From: Eubacteriales bacterium
GTDB lineage: Bacteria; Bacillota; Clostridia; Oscillospirales; CAG-272
DNA length: 51,746 bases
NCBI GenBank assembly: GCA_045594865.1
Contig: JAZNZI010000134.1
Location: forward strand, 1-51,746
Reading direction: 5' to 3'
Shown here: piece after piece, positions 16,055-25,000 of the stretch
Numbering within the stretch: position 1 is the first letter of the stretch
How the letters are laid out: every line of letters starts with the position of its first letter
Translations under genes and position numbers: made by a program
Notes under the pieces: model-generated
Database searches by the model: none
What the model saw: only the letters and a program-made list of their open reading frames with translations
Told to the model about the DNA's origin: nothing

Positions 16055-18034
16055 TCAGAATACGTAGTAGCTGATAACGTAGGTGCCTCTTTCCATACCG
16101 TATACGTAAAAGCGAACGGTCTCGCCTGCCTCAAGCGTGAGGGAGAAGGAGCCTGCCTTATAGCTTCCATCGGGATTTTTCGCATCATTATAATCAAAGT
16201 AAGGATTGGGGGTATCGTCGGTAGCGGGAGTCTTCTCTGCAGCATCGAATCCGTCAGCATCTATAAATCCAAGGCAAGGAGGAAGATTGAAGTAATAGGT
16301 TCCCGCCTCCTTTGCGGTGAAGCTAACCTCGTTTGCCCACTCGTAAGCCTCGGTCACCTTAACTGCGAATTCATTGTTGCGAAGGTCAATAAACTCCTCG
16401 TCAACAACGCCGACGTGGATATTTACCTCATGGAGCTTTTCACCAGAGAGATAGATCTCAAATCTGTATGCTCCGTCCTCCTTGGGAATAACAAAGAAGG
16501 ATCTCTGCTCACCCGAGAAGGTAAACATAGCTACCGCCGTGGTATTATCGTAGTTTTCAACATCATTAACCTCAACTCCATCCTTGAAGATCTTGAAGCT
16601 TACAAGCTCGGGAGCAAAGTGGATAGAGGTTCCTGCGGGCAGACAATCGCCAACGAAAAGGTTGACAGCATCGCGAACCTTTATGGAAATGGTATCGCCT
16701 GTAAACTTATTGGAAAGAGCGCCTGTCTGCTCGTTCATTTCAAGATAGAGATCAAAGCTTTCGGGAATGAACTTGCTCTTGGGATTGGGGTTCTCCTCGG
16801 TTCTCTCGCCTACCGTCTGAGTAAAGGAAAGCTCATATGTATCTGCAAGAGCGGTGTCACGGAAGGTATAGGTATCGGTATCGGGATCGTAGTCAAGGTC
16901 AACGTCCGCCTCATTAAGCTCACCGCTGGGAAGAGCGCCGGGGTCACTGGTAAAGCAATCAAGCTTTACGTCAAGAGAGGTGAGCGCATAATCATCGGTA
17001 TAAGTAAAGCTACACTCTGCGTTATAGACGTTTACGTTATATACAAGCTCGCCCGCGTTTTCACCGACAACTATGCTGGTAGCCTGAACAAGAACCGCGG
17101 TATAGCTAAATTCTATTTTATTCTCATCGGGATAGGACTTGATCTCAAGGTCTTTTACCGTTATATTTCCGTCACCTACACCTGCGGATGAATCGTAGAT
17201 GGAAAGAAGAAGTCCCTCGGGGCCGTATCCGTCAGCAAGTCCGGAAAGCGCGATATAGAGGCCTGTAAGCTTATCTGCATCTGCCATATCGAGAGTAAAG
17301 GTCTCACCACCGTCCTCGGTGATAATACCAAAGGCAGTCTCAGGACCGTCGGGCATATACCATCCCTCAATGGTAGACTCAACGGTAGTTGTGGCTACGG
17401 TCTTGGTATAAACCTTGTTATATGCATAGCCGTTATTTCCAAAGAGATATATTCCGTTTCTTTCAGACGTGGTAGAGAAGCCATCCTCGGCGCGATTACT
17501 GCGACCGGTAAACACATAGTCCATCTCACCGCCGTTTACAAGTCCCATCTGGGCAGCGAGAGCATTTACAAGCACCTCAAGATCGCTCTCGTCAATATCA
17601 ACGATCTTCTTACCGCACTCCTCAAAGGTGCAGAAGCCTGCTGCGTTTACGCCGTGAACGTGAGTTGTACAAACGTCACAGTGACCGTCAGCATTTTCGT
17701 CAGAATGGAGAGAGTTTTCTCCCTTATAGTCGGAGTGAGAGCAGGTAGCGTTCTTCCAATGGTGAGTTTCGTCGAAAGACCAATCAGCCTCAAGGCTGTG
17801 TGTGTGACCGATCTCAAGCTCACAAACGTCGCAAACGCCATCCTCATCGGCATCAACGTGGGGAGCGAGATCTCCCTTTTGCTCGCCGTGCTCGCAGGTA
17901 GCGGGATGCCAATGGTTGTTTGCATCATTATACCACTTATCGCTGAAGGTGTGCTCGCAGGTGGGCTGACAGGACGCCAGAGCTCCGATAAAGAGTGCGA
18001 GAACACACATCAAAAGCAAAATATTCCTTTTCAT
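16055..18034 (-). CDS. Lipoprotein (659 aa) with duplicated HW...C / H-x-D-x-x-x-DG-x-CD-x-C modules
   Basis: Lipobox FIGALASC. The N-terminus reads KWYNDANNHWHPATCEH...HVDADEDGVCDVCE, and the pattern repeats as DWSFDETHHWKNATCSH...HSDENADGHCDVCT. The C-terminus is beta-rich and includes FTAKEAGTYYFNLPPCLGF...LEAGETVRFYVYG. Confidence 0.8.
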   Translation of the reverse strand: MKRNILLLMCVLALFIGALASCQPTCEHTFSDKWYNDANNHWHPATCEHGEQKGDLAPHVDADEDGVCDVCELEIGHTHSLEADWSFDETHHWKNATCSHSDYKGENSLHSDENADGHCDVCTTHVHGVNAAGFCTFEECGKKIVDIDESDLEVLVNALAAQMGLVNGGEMDYVFTGRSNRAEDGFSTTSERNGIYLFGNNGYAYNKVYTKTVATTTVESTIEGWYMPDGPETAFGIITEDGGETFTLDMADADKLTGLYIALSGLADGYGPEGLLLSIYDSSAGVGDGNITVKDLEIKSYPDENKIEFSYTAVLVQATSIVVGENAGELVYNVNVYNAECSFTYTDDYALTSLDVKLDCFTSDPGALPSGELNEADVDLDYDPDTDTYTFRDTALADTYELSFTQTVGERTEENPNPKSKFIPESFDLYLEMNEQTGALSNKFTGDTISIKVRDAVNLFVGDCLPAGTSIHFAPELVSFKIFKDGVEVNDVENYDNTTAVAMFTFSGEQRSFFVIPKEDGAYRFEIYLSGEKLHEVNIHVGVVDEEFIDLRNNEFAVKVTEAYEWANEVSFTAKEAGTYYFNLPPCLGFIDADGFDAAEKTPATDDTPNPYFDYNDAKNPDGSYKAGSFSLTLEAGETVRFYVYGMERGTYVISYYVF

Positions 18035-18094
18035 AACAAGGGTCTCCTTAATAATAATACGTAGATAAAAGAAATAAATATCTATCTATTATAG

Positions 18095-18123
18095 ATTATA
18101 TAATACTTTTATGAACATTTCAA
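18095..18123 (-). promoter_or_regulatory. Sigma-A type promoter for the 659-aa lipoprotein gene
   Basis: On the minus strand TTGAAA, a 17-nt spacer, then TATAAT. Confidence 0.55.
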
Positions 18124-18223
18124 GTCATTTTGGCAATTTTAAGTATTTTTTTATAAGAAAAATAATAAATATGCAAGAATTAACGTTTAAAAATGCAAAA
18201 CAGCAGTCGGTGACCACCCGATA

Positions 18224-18257
18224 TATAAAAGAAAACCGCACCCCGAGGGGTGCGGTT
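18224..18257 (-). terminator. Terminator after the 1098-aa lipoprotein gene
   Basis: On the minus strand AACCGCACCC-CTCG-GGGTGCGGTT followed by TTCTTTTATAT. Confidence 0.8.
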
Positions 18258-18290
18258 GTTTATCAAAGTAGAATTATCTACTATAAATAA

Positions 18291-21200
18291 TTAATTGGTA
18301 ACGCTGAGTCCGCCAATTTCAAGGTTGCAGCACTTATTACCGTTGTGATAGAAGTCGGTCATAATAACCTTTACTGCAACGATACCCTCGCCCTCAAGAG
18401 TAACGGTGTTGTCACCGGCAACAAGGGTGTTGAGAGTGGTAGAAGAAACTACCTCACCATTTGCATTGAGTGCATAGAAGGTAAATGCATCAATCTCTGC
18501 ATTTTCATTCTTTTGATTCTCGTTAAACTTACTGATAGTAAGAGTAACGTCTACAGAAGTCTGAGCTGCAAAGGAAACGGTCTGAATACCCTGATTTACA
18601 TAGTTGAACTTAATTCCGCCGTTGGCGTAGTAGCTGGGATTAGGGTAGTCGGAATTATTAGTAATGTAGCTAAGATCACCGGGAACGGCATTATTGAAGG
18701 TACCGCCAACATAAAGCGCGCCACAGGTGGAGCATACACCATTAGTGTAGGTGTGTGCACAAGAAGCAACAAACTCGCCGTCAACAACCTCTACCTTGAT
18801 GTCACCGATAGCGGGAGCGGTACCTGCGTTGTTCTCGTTGCCCTCAAGATAAGTGAGCTTAAGAGTGAGGGAACCGTCCTCGTTTGCGGTTACGGTGTAG
18901 GAGTAGTAAGCCTTGAAGATGTAGTTCCAATCAGCATCAGTCTGATAATAGAAGATCTGATGCTGCTCGGTCATCCAGTCCTTAGTGATGGAAACGTTGG
19001 AGCCGTTAGCAAACTCGATAGTGGAGTAAACAATCATATCCTGCCACTCTGCCTCGGTAAGTGCGCCTGCCTCGAAGCTGAGAGCCGCGGAAACCTCTGC
19101 GGCAGAAGCTGCGCAGAAGTATACCTGATATGTCATGCCCTTAACTACGGGAATAGTAATCGTAGTAGTCTCAGACTCAACACCGCCGAGAGTAGCGCTG
19201 TAAAGCGTACCATTTGCTACGGTGTAAGTAAGGGTTGCGTAACCGGTAGCGGATGCGGTGAACTGATAGTAGTAGTTATCGTACTCAGCTGCGAGAGAGA
19301 GCGTAATATTTGCGGGAAGAGACTCAATCTTCTCGGGATTATCGTAGGAACCTACGGGAGCGGTGAAGCCAACCTTTACAGTATAGTCACCTGCCTTAGC
19401 AGCAGTGATAGTAACGGTGTAAGTAGTGTAGCCGGGAAGGAGAGCTCCTGCCTCAACAACATTGCCATCTGCATCGGTAACTACAATAGTAAGGCCCTCG
19501 CCGGATACGGTATAGTGACCCTTATCATTGGTCTCAAAGAATACAACTACGCTGTCAGTACCAACGGTAACGGTAGTGTCTTCATAGGTGCTAAGGAAAA
19601 TAGGAGCTACAACCTCTACGGTGTAGTCGCCTGCGGTCTCAGCAGTAACAAGGAGCTTATACTGAACATAGCTCTCAAGAGTGTAAGAGCCGTCCTCGTT
19701 TGCGGTGAGAGCTTCGCCAAGGGAATCATATACAACTACGGTTGCACCAGTAACGTTGAAGAAGTAATCACCGTCGTTTTCTACATAGTATACGCAGTCC
19801 GCGCCGTCAGCATCAACGGTAACGGTATTCTCACCGTCATAGAGATTTGTGGGAGCAACGAAGGAAACGTTGAGAGTGTAGTCACCTGCGGTCTCCGCAC
19901 CAATAATAATGGTGTACTCAGCGCCCCACATGCCGCCCTCAAGATCAACGGTAACAGACTCGAAGCCTCTGGTTACGAGCATGCCGTAGTTGTTGTAAAC
20001 GTTGATGTAGAGGCCCTTACCCTCGAAGGTGTAGGTTGCGGACTGGTAAACATAGAGATAAGCGGTAACGCCGTCAGTGAGATCGATCTCCTGTGCGGTG
20101 AACTTGTTCTCGCCGTTTTCAAGATAAATAACGGTAGGCTCGGGGGGAGCTTCCTCGCTATATGTAATGGAGATAAGCCAATCCTCAGCAGTTACAGCGC
20201 CTACGTAAAACTCGAATACTTCGCCCTCGGCAAGCTCTACAGTGTAGTTAGCACCTGTGGAATTCTCCATAAACTCAACGTCGGGACCACCGTAGGGGTT
20301 CTCATCAATAGAAGCCTTGCTCCAGAGGCCGAGACCTGCGGGAAGACCGAAGGTGTAGTAGCCTGCTACGGGAGCAGTGAAGCTGTCAAGCACAGGAGTC
20401 TCCAACATATCGTTGAAGCCGTAAGAATTGTAGGTTGTAACCTTTATGCTCTCGGGAATTTCAGGAGCCTCGTAGGGAGTCTCAACAACCTTAACGTAGA
20501 ATACGCGAACGGTACGGCTATAGGGGTTCTTGGTGATAGGATCGCCTGTTTCCTCATCATAGGTAGGATTGCCATCTTCGTCAAGAACGGGCTGTCTGTT
20601 GTTCATGGAAACAACTCTGTAAGTACCAGGAAGCAGGTTATAGGTAAGAATGAGACCGTCGCCTGTACCGGTAACGGTATCAAGCTTATCGTTGTTTGCA
20701 ACGAGGTTGCCATCAGCATCAATGATACCGATCCAAGAGGTGTTGGAGCTGCTGGTAGAAGCAACCTTGAGCTCTACAGTAGCAGTGCCCTTAACGGTAA
20801 ACTCAATAGCGCCCTTCTCTTCCTTAGCTACCTCTACACAGTAAATAGCATTATCCTTATAACGATACTTAACCTCGCCAACGATGGTGAAGTAGCCGTT
20901 TACATAGGTGGTGCCTGCAGGAATAACTGTGTTGTCAGCGGGGTTCTCGCCGCCGTCTACAAGACCGAAGTTCCACTCGTAGGTCTTAGGACCGTTGTAG
21001 TTGGGATCTACTGCGCCGCATGCGGAGCATTCGCCCTCTACGTAGTTGTGGTTGGTGACGGGAATTTCTACCTGTGCGGTAAGAATAGTGTCACAAACGG
21101 AGCACTTCTTTCCCTTGGAAAGACCGGTCTCGGTACAAGTGGGAGCCTTGCCCTCAAGCTCTACCTCGGTGTGACCGTTGGGAGCTACTTCCTGAGTCAT

Positions 21201-21587
21201 AGTCTCGCCACATGCGGTACAGGTGAGGGTCTTCTCGCCCTTCTCGGTACAGGTGGGAGCCTTTGTCTCTACGGGAGCGCCATAAGTGTGCTCGGTGCAT
21301 ACGGGAGTGTAGTTAGGATCGGCTGCGCCGCAAACAGAACACTTGCCCTCTGCATAGGTGTGGGGTGCAACGTCGGACTTCTGGGAACCGCATTCCTCGG
21401 TGTCCTGACAGGTTGCTGCGTGCCAGTGGTTGGTCTCGTCGCTGGACCAGTCGGCACTGTAGGTGTGCTCATGGGGCTTGGGATTGATCTTGTCAACGAT
21501 GCCGTTGATAACGTCGCAGGAAGCGAGAGTCATCACGAGAGCAGCAAGAACAACTACAGCCACAAGAAGCTTAAAGTTTCTCTTCAT
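18291..21587 (-). CDS. Large lipoprotein (1098 aa) with N-terminal Cys3-His modules and many beta-sandwich repeats
   Basis: Lipobox VMTLASC and AAGGAGG RBS. Modules include DWSSDETNHWHAATC..., APTCTEKGEKTLTCTACGETMTQEVAPNGH and APTCTETGLSKGKKCSVCDTILTAQVEIPVTNH. Repeated ...AGDYT(V/L)... beta domains follow, and FTAPVAGYYTFGLPAGLGLW...LAEGEVFEFYVGA parallels the 659-aa protein. Confidence 0.85.
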   Translation of the reverse strand: MKRNFKLLVAVVVLAALVMTLASCDVINGIVDKINPKPHEHTYSADWSSDETNHWHAATCQDTEECGSQKSDVAPHTYAEGKCSVCGAADPNYTPVCTEHTYGAPVETKAPTCTEKGEKTLTCTACGETMTQEVAPNGHTEVELEGKAPTCTETGLSKGKKCSVCDTILTAQVEIPVTNHNYVEGECSACGAVDPNYNGPKTYEWNFGLVDGGENPADNTVIPAGTTYVNGYFTIVGEVKYRYKDNAIYCVEVAKEEKGAIEFTVKGTATVELKVASTSSSNTSWIGIIDADGNLVANNDKLDTVTGTGDGLILTYNLLPGTYRVVSMNNRQPVLDEDGNPTYDEETGDPITKNPYSRTVRVFYVKVVETPYEAPEIPESIKVTTYNSYGFNDMLETPVLDSFTAPVAGYYTFGLPAGLGLWSKASIDENPYGGPDVEFMENSTGANYTVELAEGEVFEFYVGAVTAEDWLISITYSEEAPPEPTVIYLENGENKFTAQEIDLTDGVTAYLYVYQSATYTFEGKGLYINVYNNYGMLVTRGFESVTVDLEGGMWGAEYTIIIGAETAGDYTLNVSFVAPTNLYDGENTVTVDADGADCVYYVENDGDYFFNVTGATVVVYDSLGEALTANEDGSYTLESYVQYKLLVTAETAGDYTVEVVAPIFLSTYEDTTVTVGTDSVVVFFETNDKGHYTVSGEGLTIVVTDADGNVVEAGALLPGYTTYTVTITAAKAGDYTVKVGFTAPVGSYDNPEKIESLPANITLSLAAEYDNYYYQFTASATGYATLTYTVANGTLYSATLGGVESETTTITIPVVKGMTYQVYFCAASAAEVSAALSFEAGALTEAEWQDMIVYSTIEFANGSNVSITKDWMTEQHQIFYYQTDADWNYIFKAYYSYTVTANEDGSLTLKLTYLEGNENNAGTAPAIGDIKVEVVDGEFVASCAHTYTNGVCSTCGALYVGGTFNNAVPGDLSYITNNSDYPNPSYYANGGIKFNYVNQGIQTVSFAAQTSVDVTLTISKFNENQKNENAEIDAFTFYALNANGEVVSSTTLNTLVAGDNTVTLEGEGIVAVKVIMTDFYHNGNKCCNLEIGGLSVTN

Positions 21588-21702
21588 AATAGAGATCCTC
21601 CTTTGAATTTTTATTTCATTTATGAAATATCTTGATTTTTTGCCGTCGTGCGACCTAACGGCAGGGGAGGTATTCTTTTTTTAAAAATAAATACCTAATT
21701 AT

Positions 21703-21731
21703 ATTATAGAACAGCTTGGTAGATTTTTCAA
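21703..21731 (-). promoter_or_regulatory. Sigma-A type promoter for the 1098-aa lipoprotein gene
   Basis: On the minus strand TTGAAA, a 17-nt spacer, then TATAAT. Confidence 0.55.
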
Positions 21732-21934
21732 GGGGTTTTGGAATATTTTTTAAAGATTATTTCAACTTTTTTCCACTTTTGTAGCGTTTTTTTAGATGTT
21801 CCTGCATATTTATTCCTTATATTCAGCATATTTATTCGCAAATTCCCTCTCGGGTGTCAAAATAGTTAAGAAAAACTGAATGCGTGGGCAAGAGAAAAAA
21901 GAAAGAGTAAAAGAAATAATAAAAATCGCCGACC

Positions 21935-21972
21935 GAAAACCAAAAGAAAACCACGCCTCCGAAGAGGCGCGG
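21935..21972 (-). terminator. Terminator after the 2053-aa gene
   Basis: On the minus strand CCGCGCCTC-TTCG-GAGGCGTGG followed by TTTTCTTTTGGTTTT. One pair is G-U on the minus strand but A-C on the plus strand. Confidence 0.8.
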
Positions 21973-22005
21973 TAGACTAAGTATATTTAGTTGATTAACT
22001 TGATA

Positions 22006-25000
22006 TTACTTATAAAGCTGAATTGCAGTTTGAGTTGAGGTATAACAAGCGAATCTAGGGCTAGATGCATTCCACTGAAGCTTACGAGTTGAGTCATTTG
22101 CATTGGTTATGATAGCATCGCCATTAGAAAATGAAACATTCCAAGAAGAATTTGCATTCAATGTAGTGGATGTTGCCAAAGAATTGCTAGACGACCAAGA
22201 CATATATTCCCCTTTGGAATTCTTGAAAGCGAATGTTCCAGAAGTAGATCCTGCAACTACGGTCCATGCATATGTACCATTAATTGAACCACTGTATGCT
22301 TCGCCATAGGCATAACTTGTTCCGTTAAAGGAAGACATCTCATAGCCCTTGCTTTCGCAAACAAAGTAAACTACATCACCAACAGCAATTGTAGTAGCCT
22401 TTGTGGGAGCAGCAGATGTATTATGTCCTTCACAAACAGTCTCGCAAATTGTGCATTCTGCATTGGTGCATTCACCACATGTTGTGCACTTTTCGCTTTC
22501 ACAAACAGGAGTCTCATCTCCAGAACCAGAATCGACAACAACAGTCTTTACGTAGATTGAAATTGCCGTTTGAGAAGCGCTTGAATAGCATGCAAATATG
22601 TCACTAGAAGAATTGTACTGCATTACATTACGTGTACTTGTTCCCTGGGCAACTATTGAAGCCACGCCATTGGAATCTACAGTTATTTTCCAGCTAGCAT
22701 TTGCATTTTTTGTACCAGATTTTAATTGGTTACCAGAAGAAGACGCTGCATAAAGATATTTATCACCAACATTAAATGCATATGTTCCAGTTACAGTTCC
22801 AGCCTCGAGAGTAATGATCTGAACATTATCAACAATTATTACAGTATTACCATCCTTAGTGATTGCCACATGACCTCTATTGTTAGAGTTCTGAGTGGTG
22901 CTCATTGCGTATTTTTCTTCACTCGAAACGATAATAATCTGCTTATCAGCTGCAAGCTGATTAACGTTAGTTACAAGCTGCCATACCTCTTTTGTTGCAC
23001 CTCCAATAGGAGTTCCGCATCCTTCAACATCACAAACGTTGTCTCCGTTATTGTCTACGTGATCTGCCTTCTCACCGGGTTTTCCGCAGATGGAGCAAAT
23101 AGAAGCCACAAGACAGGTTGCCTCGGACCACTGGTGATTTTCGCCGTGCTGGGTATGGCTCTCAAGAATAGCATTTGCCATTTGAGATGTTCCGTTATAA
23201 TTACCGATCTTACCATAGATAGTTATGGTATCACCAGCAACAGGCTTTGTAGTCATAGCATCATAACGAGTTTCATCTTCAAGGTAGAGACCGTAAATCT
23301 GGAACTGAGATTCATTGTCAACGAAGCTATTTACAAGGTACATATTACCATAAGTAGTATTATATAAGTCGTAAACCACGCCGGTTACCTTATAGCTATT
23401 AGTAGATGTTTTACCACCGCCCAAAGCGTTGCCAAGAGCAATAGCCTGCTCAATGGTAAGAGTATCGGTTGTGGGCTCTACTACAGCGCTACAAGTATCA
23501 CACTTATAGTCAGTTTCATATCCGGAGTGACCGGTAGCAGAAACTTTGCTATCTTTATAAGTATCACCACAAGCGGAGCAAGTGTGAGTTGTGAAACCAC
23601 CATTTGTACAAGTCGGTTCAGTTACGACAGACTCGTAAGAATGAGCAGGATCTGTTTCATTTCCTTTGCGCAGTTCCTCGCCGCAATCTGCACAATAGTA
23701 TGTTGTATATCCGCCAGTCGTACAAGTGGGTGCAGTTACTTCTGCTCTTTCTTCCTCATGGAAGCAAGCATCCGGGTCTGTTTCGCCACAGTTAGCGCAA
23801 ATATGAGTTGTCTCGTCATAGTCGTGTCCTGTAGCTGCAACTGTATTACCTGTATAGGTATCACCACAGCCACAAGTGTAGGTTGTGTAACCTGCTTCCT
23901 CACATGTAGGATCAGTTACTTCAGTTTCATAAGAGTGACCGAGAGCAGAATCTGCAACCTCGTCTCCGCACTTGCTACAAGTACCGTTCTCGGTGCAAGT
24001 TGCGCCAGTAACATTGTCCTCACAGCTGTGAGCAGGAACGATAACCTCAACTTCCTTCTCAACTTCAACAGTTGCAACCAATGTAATGGAGTTAAGCATT
24101 ACTCTCCAACCACCAGTAACAGTTGTAAAGGATATTGTTTTTTCAGTAGATGTGTCAATCTCAAATACGGTATAATCTGTTCCGTTATGAACTATACCAT
24201 CACTATCACTAAACATTCCAGCAAGAGTAACGGTTTTTTCAACACCTCCAATAGTATATGTAAGTTTACCATTATTTTTCTTATATCCACCAGCAGAAAT
24301 GATAACCTTAGTTACATTGTTAGGAACAGTAATTTCAAACGCTCCGGCTTTTGAACCTGTACCCAATTTAATGCAAGAATTACCGAGTCCGTCATTAGCT
24401 TTCGGATACATGTTGGCTCCGTTTGTCAAATTCAAAGTAATTCCATTAACGGTTTCGGAATATTCAGTAGAAGCATTGGAACCATCAGAATGCGCTCCTG
24501 CATTCTTATTTGCGCCAAATTCAAATACAAATTTCTTCTCGCTAGTTGCGGTTTCGGTCTTGATTACCTTCTTAGCGCCACATTCACACCTGTTATCTAC
24601 CCAAACGTGATTATCGGGATTAAGATCAAGGAGAACCTTTGTTGAATAATCACACTTTGTACAATACTCATAAGCATTCCAACCCTGAGTTGTACATGTA
24701 GATGCCTGAGCTGCTGCATTTGCAGTGGAGTGAGATGCAGGAATTGCAAAGCTGGTAGTATCAGCCTTACCGTTGGTTGCATCAGTTGTAGCATTTTCAG
24801 CAAAATAAAGCTCACATTCGGTACACTGCTTGTATTCAGAATTACCAGCCTCGGTACAGGTAGCATCGTTAGCTGCTACGGTTTCACCGAAGGTGTGACC
24901 GGTTGCAGGAACAACAAAGCTATCAGTGTTTTTCTCACCGTTGGTTGCAGTATTTTCTGCAACTGCAGCGAAGTAAAGCTCGCATTCGGTACACTGCTTA

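Noticed and set aside
18345-21635. 1096-aa plus-strand ORF mirroring the 1098-aa minus-strand gene
   Set aside because: It is codon-aligned antisense and stays open only because the sense gene lacks TTA, CTA and TCA codons. Its translation is low-complexity (G/V/C/S/N rich) and has no RBS or signal sequence. The minus-strand product has an RBS, a lipobox and a repeated domain structure.
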